Source: Paraspadella gotoi (Eukaryota; Animalia; Chaetognatha). Taken from it: a DNA stretch of 64,000 bases. Position numbers and translations under genes: made by a program. Position 1 is the stretch's first letter, and each line of letters opens with the position of its first letter. A model generated the notes under the pieces. That model worked only from the letters and a program-made list of their open reading frames with translations. It searched no databases and had not been told where the DNA came from. Location: the NCBI GenBank assembly GCA_051294375.1, contig CM119267.1, positions 17,090,606-17,154,605 on the forward strand. Direction: 5' to 3'. Shown here one piece after another: positions 12,701-25,600 of this stretch.

Positions 12701-14905
12701 GAAAATTATCCTGCGGTCACATGTTCTGCATCGATTGCTGGGATCAGCATTTTGAAGTGCAGGTAGGCATTGCCGCAATTTTCTTTTCGACAGCTGTTAG
12801 AATAAAATAAAATAAGTATTCCCCGATCTAATACTTAAGGGAGTGGTCTTTTCATACAATTGAAACATTCTTTGAAATATTATACCACTTCATTGATAGG
12901 GAAGCCAGGTACTCTGGGAGTGAATAAACGAGACTGTGAGAGAGTCTTGATTGAAAGCTTGCAGTGACCTGCTATGTCATTATCTTGTAAGAGTGATGGA
13001 GGCCTTAAACCACCAAAGCCTGTCCAAAGTCAGGGGCAAGATAGCTTATTTATTAAATGAATGGATAATTTTTATATTGGTTGTACCAATTTCATAAAAT
13101 AAAAGTCCGATAATGAATCTTCATGAAAGTTTCTTCCCGACACAGCTTTGACATAAATTATATTGACAGTAAATCATCTAATTATTATTGAATTCAGATT
13201 CAACAAGGCGTTTCCTCAACGGTTCAGTGCATGGGACGCGAGTGCCAAATTCTCGCCCCTGAAGGTAAAAACGTGATTCTTAAAAATGTTACATTGTTCG
13301 TTTGGTAATTCTAAAAAAAAAAAAAATTGTTCAACTTCTACTTAGATTTTATACTCGATCTCCTCTCAAAACCGGAACTTCGGGAAAAATATCAAAAATT
13401 CGCATTTCGAGATCACGTGGACAGCCACCCTCATTTACGTTGTTGTCCAGGTGTAGCAAATTATCCAGTATCGATTAATACTTTAAAATGATTAAGTTTG
13501 CGATCAACCTTACATTCTCTTTGAAATTTTAAGGTCCGAACTGCCAAATGATTGCGCACGCCAAGCCTCCCCGCGCCAAAAGAGTTCAATGTAAAGTTTG
13601 CCTCACCTCCTTCTGTTTTCAGGCAAGTCGCGCGACAGTTCGTCTTAAAGCGCTAGTTATATTCATGCCCCAAATTCTATCTTTTACTTTCGTTAGTGTG
13701 GAAACGACTACCACGCCCCAACCGACTGCGACACCATTAAGAAATGGCTCACGAAATGCGCCGACGATTCTGAGACGGCCAATTACATTAGCGCACACAC
13801 AAAGGACTGCCCGAAATGTAATATTTGCATCGAGAAGAACGGAGGGTGTAATCATATGCAGTGTTGGAAATGCAAACACGATTTTTGCTGGATGTGCGCG
13901 GGCGATTGGAAAACTCATGGAAGGTTAATATTTGAAATAATGATTAATTACAAGATAAAATGTAATTGAATTTTTCGACACAGTGAATATTATGAATGCT
14001 CGCGCTACAAGGAAAACCCTAACATCGCAAATGAGAGCGCCCACGCAAAAGCTAGGGAAGCACTGAAGAAGTATTTGTTTTACTTCGAGCGTTGGGAAAA
14101 TCATGCTAAGGTAAGCTGTTTTAAATTTTAATCGTTGATCCCATTTAACAAATGACGACGTTGTATGTATGTATGTATGTAATCGACTAATCATTTTGTC
14201 AACCTCAGTCGCTGAATCTGGAGTCTCTATTCAAATCGAAAATCAGCGAGCGCATCAACGAGAAAGTATTGGCTTCTGACGGAACTTGGATCGATTGGCA
14301 GTATCTCATCGACGTCGTCAACGTCCTTACCAAATGCAGGTAAAACATCCCGGATTTTAATTTGATTTAAGTCCCTCGCGAGTGCATTACCGACATTTTT
14401 GTCTCAGATATACCCTTCAATACACCTACCCGTATGCCTACTATATGGAGACTGGCCCGAGGAAAAACCTCTTCGAATACCAACAAGCTCAGGTGAAAAA
14501 AAAATGGTTTGAATAATGTATGACTTCTCGTTTTTTTTTATATTGTTCAAGTTTCGTGGTTCATACGAATGTTTTTCCCCCCTTTTAGTTGGAAGCTGAA
14601 ATTGAAAGCCTCTCGTGGAAAGTGGAGCGAGCAGAGTCTCACGATCGAGGAGATATCGAAAACCAGACCGACGTCACAGAGAGGTTAGATTGCTTCAACC
14701 CTGTTTCGATTACTCTGGAGGGCGTCGTATTGGTGTTTTTTCCTTTTTAGCATCATGTTGTCTGGTTTTTTTAATTAATGAGATGAAAAGGTTAATCTGA
14801 ATGACCTTCCTTTGGTGATTTTTTGATCATTCATTCAGACGACGGATAACGCTGTTAAAAGACTTTAACGACGGATTTCAATGCGCGCCTCCAATGTCTG
14901 CGTGA
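9702..14905 (+). CDS. ARIH2: Ariadne-2 RBR E3 ubiquitin ligase, multi-exon
   Basis: Acidic N-terminus, [11 protein letters not shown]1 CQVC...[13 protein letters not shown] and RING2 ([48 protein letters not shown]), Ariadne domain. Confidence 0.96.
10195..12418. mobile_element. Non-autonomous TIR DNA transposon, copy 1 (in an ARIH2 intron)
   Basis: Ends GACACAATGAAAAAT...ATTTTTCATTGTGTC with ~38-bp imperfect TIRs; flanked by the 4-bp direct repeat ATTT (10191-10194 and 12419-12422); AT-rich with no long ORF; near-identical to 21091-23328. Confidence 0.93.
13012..13143. repeat. Short dispersed two-module repeat, copy in an ARIH2 intron
   Basis: 13012-13095 is the reverse complement of 46467-46551; 13098-13143 matches 46418-46463 directly. 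Confidence 0.85.
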
Positions 14906-14906
14906 G

Positions 14907-14933
14907 TATTATTATTATTATTATTATTATTAT
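14907..14933. repeat. (ATT)n microsatellite just after the ARIH2 stop codon
   Basis: Run of tattattatt... seen directly. Confidence 0.9.
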
Positions 14934-17047
14934 ACTGGGAATGATATGTCCTTTGCGTCCTGAACTAAAATTCGTCTTCTCTCTTCCCTACCTTGCCTTT
15001 ACCTGTCATCCTCATACCTGTTACTACTTTTATTCTTCCTCTTTCTAACTTTTTTCCTTTCTGTCGACTTTGTTATCTATTCTCCCTTGACGCTGTTCTC
15101 TCCAAGTAGCAGCGCCTCTTTCTTGACGTCCGCACAACTGGGTCACTCCCTCCCTGCATCATCTTCGCCTCAACCATCGACGTCAAAAAACTTTATTTGA
15201 TTTATTTTTGCTTTTGTTCGTTCAAAACAATCGCTTTTTTCCATTTTTGTGGTGATTTTAAATAGAAATGGTTACTCGAAAATTAAAAGTGAAATACTGC
15301 GGTTTCTATTGTCTTCTCCACCCCAGTTAAAATTATTGATTACGCGCTCCCTTTGATGATTTGTGAATGTTTTAACAATTCTTTGCGTTATTTTAAACGT
15401 TTGTAGTCCAGGCCTTTTACCAGAACTACTGTGTGACGTTTCGATTTGTTATTATCGATTGATGTTATTATTCTTTACTGTTTACTACGAAATGGAAATG
15501 TGTTCTTACAGGAAAAAGTTTTGTTTAAAAAGTCATTTTAAATGTTGTTAGGCAGGGGTGCTTTATTGCTTGAATCTGGACTGCATAGTGCTCAGTCCAC
15601 ACACTTAGACGATTTTTTTTGGTGTTTATTTAATTTCTTATTTATTAAATACAACAAGACTTGAGTGATATTTTAATTTATGAAGATTAACACCTGGTTT
15701 CATCAGCTAGTATTTGAACTAAGATTTTATACTTTCACTGGATTTCATCTTGCAGACATAGATTTTACTTGCTACGCCGCGTCTAGTACCCATTTGGAAT
15801 ATTCTGCGAAATCTTCTATGTAGCTTGCTATTGAGGTAAAATTATTATTATTATTAATACAGTTCTGTCCAGATTTTTTTGACACGAGGTGTCAATTTCT
15901 AGAATCAGTGGTTTCCCTTTTAACGATCTCAAAACTGATTTTGATTTTGTCGCCTAACAATTTTGGATAGCTGTAGAAGTAATTTATCCGCTCGTTGTTT
16001 AGCCGTAAATTTTCAAGTGGCCATTTCTATCGCTAAATCACACTTCTCCTTAGTTTATTTGCCGCTTTCAATTTACTTGTCAAGAAGTAGCCGTAGTTGT
16101 GAAGCACCTTTATTTAAGCAACTGTTTTTATATGTATAATTTGAAGTCACGTTGTTTTTATCATTTATTTGCACGGAATGTTTTGGCATGAAAATGTCCA
16201 AAGTTAATGTTAACCCGGAAATTCATTCATAAGCCAACTTCAAGATAGCCACCTGAGTTTTTCGCAGTTATTTAAAAAAACTTGGCATATTTTTTAAAAC
16301 AAACAGATTTTCCTTAGAACTATTGCTGTAGAAATATGCTTTTGTGAATTTATTACTAGAAAAACAAACCGTTTACTACGTCTTGGTTCATTGTTTTGAT
16401 TACATTAAAAACTTTTTTATTCGACTTTTGATTTTTTTGGTGTTATATAACTAAATCAGCAATATACTATTATCCGTTAAATAATTTTTCTTCAAAGAAA
16501 CTGGTGCTCATATGACTCTTGCGCCCTTTAAAATATTAATATAATTAAATCTTACTTTGTTTCAGATTTCGATAAATTATATTCGTTCTGTAATGATGTC
16601 TTCTTCGACCGCGGGTCGGTATTCGTCGAATATGACGAATTTCATCATATTGCAAATTGATCATCGAGCATAGATAATAAGCGAATCGAAGAAGCTCACG
16701 CTCAGCATTGTTTCTTGAGCGGCGAGGTTAAAAACGGATATTGTCAGGACAGCGTTAACGGTGCAAATGCAATCAGCTCCATAAGCGAGGTTCATCATCG
16801 GGAAGGTCCTTGCTTTAAATTTGGTAACAGATTTTGCGGCTTTAGGATATGTATTATATCTTGACATATCATTTTCTAATATGAAGCCATCTAGAAGAAA
16901 AAATTATATTGAAAATTTAATTCGGCTTCGATGTATGAAAATATTTTTTGTTAGAAGAAAAACCTATACATAGTATACTGTAATAATTCTTAAAATATGA
17001 ATAAGATTATATTTAAAAATCATAAAAAGTTCGTTAACAATTATCAG

Positions 17048-18183
17048 AATGACGCAGGAAATTTAGAAGGTATTGATCAAGGACTGTCCGACTCGTACTT
17101 CTTCCATATGATTGAAAAACTACGTATTTATGTATATTATAATATTTGGATTAAATTTGAAACCCCGCTAAATTTCCTACGCCCGAGATAACGAAAGTCC
17201 CAATACGTCCGAGGATGAATTTCATACGCCGCCGTCTTCTCCGATTTCACCGAAAGATGATAATCCTGAATATCCCGATTCTACCTTTGCCCGGAATCCT
17301 CGTTTTAGATTGTCTTTTACTCCTCTGTTGGCATCGAACTGGAATCCTTTTATTCCACTGCTTTCTATGAAGAAGGAACCCTGCTGCGTTAACTCGGATC
17401 CACGTTCGCTTGAGTCGAAACGAGCATCAAGATTCTTTTACAAATCTTCGCGAGATTGACTCGGGTTGTCTTCTAAGGGAGTCAACATTTTCCAAGAGGC
17501 GCTCGACTGTGAATATGCGATCCGAGATTCCGTGCGAAAACTTGGTTAGCTCGTTTATCAAAAAGCCTTCTGGTAGTACAAAATTAAAATTGAGTTCTTT
17601 TGTCGGGCCAAAATCTGTTTTTTTTTTCGTGGCGAATCCCGTTGCTCCTATGAGCAGCCCCCCCAGTTCGAAATATAAAAATGATAGGTCCAAGACCCTG
17701 GTTTCGTAACTCCCTTCTCTGCGATCGTGTTCCGTGGTTCTGGAAAGAATCGACGACGTCGAACCGACTTCGTTAATCGTCTCTGATAAGACTACGATCG
17801 TCGAGTTCACTTGGGGACGTCAGGTTTTGTTTCTTTGGGAAAGCCAAGAGGCGGAGACCATAACTGATTCTCGCAAAGCTTGCTACGTCAAATTTTTGCC
17901 CGGCTCTCATTTTCATCGACGCGACGACAACGTTGTCGTTGCGCCCAAAAAATGGGACTACCTTTTCTTGGCCGATTGGAAACGACTATCCCATGAAGAC
18001 AAAATAGACCTCTACTACAACATGACCAGCACTCCCGTCGAGATGGCATTTTCGTGGGGAAGAGAGTACTTTTCAGGATGGCGAAAGGGAAAGTCCTTCT
18101 TCTTTAGGTTCTCTCGATCAACGCCCTGGCTGGAGTTTAAGTACATAAATAGTGAAAATTATTCGCTAGTTGATTTGTTTTAA
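17048..18183 (+). other. Unresolved coding-like locus (orphan gene or pseudogene)
   Basis: Exon-like GC content; one spliceable intron joins MIEKLH to NESPNTSEDEFHTPPSSP; a 149-codon Trp-rich ORF at 17734-18183; frames are broken by stops and no family is recognised. Confidence 0.35.
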
Positions 18184-18229
18184 AAATTATGAATGAAAAC
18201 TACGTACGGTATTTTATTTTTCTACAATT

Positions 18230-18261
18230 TATTTTTCTCGTTTTTCGGTGTTTGTTTTTAG
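18230..18261 (+). promoter_or_regulatory. Candidate trans-splice acceptor directly abutting the MRRF ATG
   Basis: tttttcggtgtttgtttttag|ATG, only 78 bp after the upstream ORF stop. Confidence 0.5.
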
Positions 18262-19387
18262 ATGGCCTCGGTTTTTCCATTGACTTTTTCCCGCACGATC
18301 GCGCGTCGCCTCTCGGGTACCACGTCAATCGTCTTACCCATACGCGCAAACTTTTCTCAATCCGTACTTTTCAACAATTTTAATTCGAGATTCGACGTCT
18401 CATCTCTGCTCGTTTCCGATGTCCGATGGTGGGCCTTCTCTTCGGTACGGCTCAAGAGTAAAGACAGGGGCGGTAAAGGTACATAACCGTCTATCGCTTT
18501 TATCTTGCGAGAGATAAGGAAATTTGTTCCCTGATCGTCATCGTCAGAAATAAATAAATTAGAGCAAATTAATAATATTTGAAACGTTTAATAAAAAGGA
18601 AAAGGCAAAGGAAAAGTGGGTCGCGTGTTCTTTGATGCCGACCTTTTCGCACAAGTCGTCGACCACGAAGGGTTCAAGACGGAGATCGACCAAGTGGTGG
18701 AGAATCTCCGATGTGACTTTGCGTCGCAGTTCACCCTGCGAACTAACGCTGGCGTTTTCGACCAGCTCGAGGTGTGAATAGAGCAACAAAAGTTGACAAG
18801 GTTGTGTCCAGTAACAGATTTCAGACACCAGGTTCTAGAGATTATTTGGATGACCCCGACTGCATCGATGATTTCGTTCGTAGGTGAAAACTGAAGACGG
18901 AGACTTCGCACTGAACGAACTGGGCACGATTGCCCAGAAAAACCCGGGACTCGTCGTGGTCAACATGGCGTCGTTGCCGAATTATATTCCAGACGTTATG
19001 AAGGCGATCCAAGAGTCGAACCTTAACGTAAATCCCCAGCATCAAAACCTTGAGATATTGCTCCCATTGCCTAAAGTCACCAAGGTACTCGTTTATCATG
19101 TTAATTATTTAAAAAAAAAACACTTTACTGACGACATTTCAAAGGATCACCGCCAGCGTCTATCCGATGGCGCTAAGAAACGGACCGAGTCTTTCAAAGC
19201 CGACCTTCGCAAAATCGCCGCCAAGTTTACCCGCCTGGCGAAAAAGAGCAAGGACGACAGGGTCTCGGAAGACGCCATCTTCGCCGTAGAGACTTGGATC
19301 AGACAGGAAACGGACAACGCCGTCGCTGTCGGGGAAGAATCGCTTAAAAAGAAGCAGGAAGATTTGTTGGACACTGGATTAAAATAG
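18262..19387 (+). CDS. MRRF: Mitochondrial ribosome recycling factor
   Basis: Basic transit-like N-terminus, RLKSKDRGGKG, ALNELGTIAQK, KAIQESNLNVNPQ, LPLPKVTKDHRQRL. Confidence 0.9.
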
Positions 19388-19635
19388 GCACATAGGAAGT
19401 TGGAGAAAAACATTTTTTTTATTTCGAGTTGAAAAATTATTAAAGATATAATCAATAATCAATAGGTGAAATGTTTTTTTTGCTTTTTGCCTCGTTCTGA
19501 AATTTTTTTTATTATATTTTGTTTACTTAGACTCAGTCTTAAAAGTTAAACGGAAAATTCTAAATTTAAAATCGAAGTCGCAAAGGAAACCTTGAATTAG
19601 ATTTTAAATATAAAATCGAAAGGGTAAAACTGGCC

Positions 19636-22600
19636 ATGGCTTCAAACTACGGTCCGCGTTCATTGAATCCGGCGCTACGAGCCTCGGCGGAACCCCTAAG
19701 TCTCGAATCGAGGACACGGACGGCGTCGCGCGGAAGCGCTTCCAGCGGCGTTGCTTCCACGCCATCGCGTGTGAGCGGCACGTTGCCAATCCGTATCCCG
19801 GTGGTCTCGCTAACCTCGGATAAAGGAAAGCTAAATGTCGTTGTCTCCAATATCGAACAAGACGGAATCCTACATTTGCAGAATTTAAAGGTTTGTGAGG
19901 AATAAAATTTATAATTGAGTTTATATACATCACGTAATCGCGTTTGCTACTGCCGTCCTTAGTGGGCTCAAGGTTTTAACAACCTCATGGTCAAGCTGAA
20001 TATGGAAATGAAAAAGCGGACAGACAACACAAAGAACGAGAAAAACGGAACGAGTTGGTTGCCGGATAAAGGGTTGTATTGCGTTGCCAAAAGTATCGTG
20101 GACGGTTGTTGGTATCGCGCAGTCGTCTTGGAAGTTCTCGAAACTGGTACTAATATTGGTAAATATGAAACAATGAATTATCATTTAGGCGGAGAGGGTT
20201 ATTGACCAATGACGAAATTTTAAGGGATCATCGTCAAGTACATCGACTTTGGCAACGACGAGATTCTTTCTGCTTCCGACGTTTACCCCATGACGCCATA
20301 TTTTTTCAAATTTCCCGCTCAAGCCATAAGCGTTCGATTACACGGAAGCCAAACAGCCCTTCCAGAAGGCGTAGCCGACTCTATGCTCTTGGAGCTGACG
20401 GATCAAATAATAAATAATCATTTTAAATGTCAAGTCGTCAACAAACGAGATATGGAAAACCGAGTCTTTGTGGAGTTGTTTACGGTTCAAAATGGTTAGT
20501 GAGTTGAAAAAAAAAAAGCTTTAAAATTTTTAAAGTGAAGAATACAAAGTCGACTCTTCACCCCTCTCCTTTCCTGCAGGTAAAGCTTCTCAAAATCTTA
20601 TGGACATCCTCATCGAGAGATACCGCCCTGGATCCTCACGCCCCGGGGGCCGCTCGTCCTCGCACTCGCTCGTCACCCCATCGTCTTCTCAATTGTCCAA
20701 CCGTGTCGCCAGCGAACTTCCTTTTAAGCGAATGCGCTTGGAGGATGGTAAAAAGTATGACGTTCTCCTTGTTTACTGCCTGAGCCCCGGTGCGTTTTGG
20801 TGCCAACTAGAGCAAGAGCGGGATCGTCTGGAGCAGTTGATGGATTATCTGCAGCGATTATACCGCTCTAACCGATTGCGCCCGCTGGGTTGTTGGCCGC
20901 CCGATGCGAGGCAAGCCATTGCTGCTCAGTTTACCCACGACAACGCTTGGTATCGAGGGGTGGTGCTTGGATTCGCTGACAACAAAGCAGAAGTAGGTTG
21001 AATCAGTTAATCAGTTAATTTTGCTTTGGCTGAGATTGAAAGAGAGAAGTTAATTTTTCCCTCGTTCGTTTTGTTATTTTTGTTTTTTAGGACACAATGA
21101 AAAATAACGTGGCGTTACTGTCTCGTGCTGATTTTGTCCCTTTAAAATTGTTTCTGAGCCAAATTAATTGATTATTACTTTTGGTAATATGTGCGATATA
21201 CACTACTGGACATTACTGTGTCTGACCATAACCGATGACCATCAACAAAAAAGCTAACTAGATCAAAAATAGTAAAAAAGATGAAGCAATATAGCTCGAA
21301 ACGCTTACAAAATTTTAGACCATTGCTTTTATAAATGCAAAAAAAATATTATTAATATTAAAACAAAATTTTAACGATAACTTAATAGTTAACCGAAACC
21401 AAGATGAATATTTTTTACCCATCATTTCTTTAATTTATATGAATCATATGTTTGTAATTAGTCAATTAATCTAAATAACAATATGACAAATTCATTTTTA
21501 ATTTTTTTATTAATGGGAAGTTTTTACTGCTTACTCCCCTTGTGTTTAATTATCTAATATTTTAGAAGTATTTCCAAAAACCTTATATAATTACTATATT
21601 TTCACTTTTTTTTCAATTCTTTCAAACAAAAACAACATCATAAAAACATTTTAAATTAATAAAAAAAAATTGATTGAATGATTTTGGAAAAAAAATATTT
21701 TGAAACTTGAGAATAATGGATTTTGAGTTAGGAAAAAAACTTTGCAATTCTAAAAAATCAGCCTCTAGCCTTTCGATTTTTCTAGAGGCTGATTTTTTTA
21801 TTTTTTTTATATTTTGATTTTCTATGCAAAACCATTATTCTCAATGAGCATAGGTCGGAGGAAATTTTTTTCCAAACAATTTGAAAAAATTTCAGCTTTT
21901 TTAATTAGGCTTTTTTTGGGGAAATAAATAAATCAATTATTATTACGATGGGTACATCTGAAAGTGATATGTCTCTAAATGACAAAAAAATTTTTTTCAA
22001 GTTTTATTTTAAAATTTAAGTATTGTATCAATAGAAATAAGTGAGATACTCCCGCTTTGCCAAAATTTTTATTTAACAAAGATTTGTACTGCGTAGTTTG
22101 AAAAAGTTATTTTTTTAAATAACTTTTGAAAGAAAAGAGCTAGCAAGATGGATGTGGTATCAAATTAAAGCCCTAATCATGGGACACCTTTTCTAAAAAA
22201 GTTTTATTAAATTAAATCCATAAATCTTTACACAGCTTTTGTTTAAATCAGAGTTAAAAGTATAACAGTTTTTTGCTTTAAAAATTTTAATGAAGGCATA
22301 TGAATTTTTTTTATTTTTCTTTTGTAATTTGAAAAGGAAAGACTGAATTACATTTTGATTATTATTAAATTTTCTTTATTCCATAAAACTGCTTATTATT
22401 TTTAAGTTAAAGTAAAAAATAAGCAAAAATTTATATTGTAGCTTGATAAAATGGTCTTTTTAAATATCAAAAATGATAAATACAAAAATGTTTTCAGCTT
22501 GATATAAACAGTCTGGACATCTACCTTCTTGTCTGTGGAAAAAAAATCGGCATTTTTTATTATCTTTAACTGCAAACTAAAAGCTTGATACACTGCTTGT

Positions 22601-25600
22601 TTATCATAATAAAGTTTTAAAAAATTATATAGCTGGCAATATATTTGACAAAGCAAGACATCATTGTGTTAAATTGTATTGATAATTTTTTTTAAATATA
22701 GCAAGGAATTTAATTCTATTATTTATCATCCATTTTAATTAAGAAAAAATATTTCTCGTAATTGCCCATTAGAAAGGGTTCATTGACCGACTTAATGATC
22801 GAATTTTTTAGATATCTTTACTGCCCCCATTTTACAAGATATAAAAGGTCATGGTTGTCATGTCAGTAAGTCCAGATTATCTGTACCCTTTATACAACCT
22901 GCATTCTGAATTTTCTTTTTTTCCTTTTCAAATGTATTAAATAAAAAAAATTATTTGAGAGAACAATCGGCGTGGAGGATGCCATTGGTAAGCCTTAGTT
23001 ACCCCACTTCCCGATCGAATTTTTAAATGAGGTTTTTTTTCCATCTATTTGAGACATAACACTAACTATTGGTACTATTATTTTTTTTTATTTTTTTTTA
23101 TTACAATTCTAGGAATAAATATAAATAAGTAACTTTTTAAAAAAATTTATCATCTTTCACCCTATATTCGGTCATATCTAAAAAACAAAAAAAGATTTTG
23201 CATTGATATTTTGGATATCGACATATGAAACTATAACGTTTCAAAAAATAAAAAGAAATATAGTAATATTGAACAGTGAATTTTTTTTATGCACGGAACA
23301 GTAACGTTACGCCATTTTTCATTGTGTCTTAGGTTCTTTTTGTCGATTATGGCAATACGGAGTTGTTGGGAGAAGAGAGATGTGCCGAACTTCCTCATGA
23401 CCTCCTCAACATGGAAGCCTTCGCATTTCCCTGTTCGCTCGACAAAATTGAGCCTATTTTCGAGGATGATTGGGGCAGCGAAGCTACCCTTGTTCTTGAC
23501 ACTCTTTCGCAACAGAAGGGTGAGCTTATTTCCGTCTTATAAATATTATATACCTACCATTATCTACGTAATAATATATAATAATAATTACGAAATAAAT
23601 TTTATTTATTTTAGTCTAACTTTTCAGGACTTTCTGCAATCGTGGTCGGTACCAATTCCGCCAATCATTTAAAAGTAGATCTCATCGACACGAATTCTCC
23701 TTCTCGGGAACGAAATATCGCCAGAGAGTTAGTCCTCTCCAAGATGGTGAAAGGCTCCTTCGACGATGCTCTCCAGGATGGTCCCCAAATTGCCCGCCCC
23801 GCAAAATCAAATTCTTCCCCGGAAATCGTTGAACCACTGGCTGAGGTCCCAACCGATGCTTCTTTCCCGCCCGCTAAGGATGTTTCCGGCCAGACAGCCG
23901 AAGTGAGTTTGGCCTGGGCAGTCAACCCCGGCGAATTCTACTTACATTTAACTGATCAAAACGAAGAATTGGAGAGGATCGAAGACCGCCTGGCAAACGA
24001 GTACGCCGATCTGGGACCCCGAGATCGCCTGCTTCCCTCCGCTTCCGCGGGCACCGTCTGCGTTGCGCGGTTCACCGAGGATGATGCATATTACAGGGCT
24101 TGTGTGATCGAGGTCTTGAATGAAAAATGCCTCGATCCACTCGATCTCAAGACGAGCATCCGTTTCGTTGACTTCGGCAACGGAGATGTCGTTCCTCGCT
24201 CTCAACTTAAGTCGGTTCGTCTTAGAGCGAAGAATTGATTAGAAATACGTAATTACTTATAGGCAGTCGAATACTAATGTTTACGTATTTTCCTCGTTTC
24301 AGCTCCATCCCGCTTTGTTGGAACAACCTCCCATGGCGCTGAGGTGTCATTTAAAAGGAATCCGACCCAGCGGCCTCAACGAAGACTGGAATTCGGCGGC
24401 GACGACCTTCATGGATCGTCTCTGCGAGAATGAAAAAGTCACGTGCATTTTCGGAAAAAAAGGAGAAGCTGCCGACTACGAAGTCGAACTTTGCGTCAAC
24501 GGAAAAAACGTCGCTTGGGAATTGTGCAACGCCGGCTACGGATTCGAAGATAAGCCTAAGAACGCAGGGGCTTTGGCGGCGCCGGTTCCAACGCCGGTTC
24601 CGGCGCCAGCGGAAAGAGTCGCCATTTCGACGGAAGAGCCCTCGACATTCCCGGCGCTGAAGGAATCTTCACCGTTGGACGTCAATCACAATCCATCGCT
24701 TGTGATTCCTTTCCTCCGTCCATTCGAGGGCTTGAAGAAGGGATTCGTCACCTTTTACAACTCCCCCGATTCTTTTTACCTCCAATTGTGCGAGATGGAG
24801 AATGAGATGTTTTACCTGACGCGCGATCTGAAGAACTTTTATTCGCAGTCGACCGGAAGAATCTCGAAGGTCCAAGGAGGCGGCTACGTCTGCGCCAAGT
24901 GGAACAAGGATGGCTCTTGGTACCGCGCGATCGTCGAAAGCGAAGACGAAGACTATGTCCGTGCATTTTTTCTCGACTATGGAAATTCCGATAAGATACA
25001 CAAAGATGACGTTCGACCTTTAGCCCCTCAATTCTTTGGGCGCGCGCAGGCTTATCACTGCCGCTTGTTTAAACCAGACGGCGCCATGTGGACTCTTGGC
25101 AACGATACATCGAGTCTCTTCGAGTATTGTGAATTTCAAGTTACTTTCAAAGACCCGTCATGTCTCACCACGCCGTTTACCGTCAGTCTTTACCGAAAGG
25201 GTGAGGACTTGTCCTCCCTGTTGTCTTCCACACCAGAAAACAAATCGACGCCGATCAAAGAAGGACTCAGCTCGTCTAAACTCAACGCGGAGGCTCAAAT
25301 TTTTTCGCCGAGTCGATCGCGCGAGTCCAAACACGTTATTGCCTTGGACGACGAATCGAGCGTGGCAGGATCTCAATCCGTCGAAATCTTGACTCCCGCT
25401 CTGGTCTTAGAATCACAGTCATCAGCAGCTAAATCTCAATCGTCATCCCTGAAATTTCACCTTGTACCTTTGGACTCTCGGCCTCCGGAATCTCGATTGA
25501 TTTCTGACGTCCCTCCGCCCAAAAAGCTGAATCAATATCCCGACGGTCCCGATCTAACGGGGACTTCGACTATTGTCGAATTGGTTTGGCCGGAATCTCC

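Noticed and set aside
17427-17810. Minus-strand gene from ORFs 17427-17810 and 16661-16867
   Set aside because: No motif, no convincing splice chain, and they shadow + strand frames; cannot be fully excluded.
22402-22656. Transposase ORFs inside the 2.2-kb elements
   Set aside because: Only short AT-rich ORFs, mostly not preserved between the two copies, with no DDE motifs.
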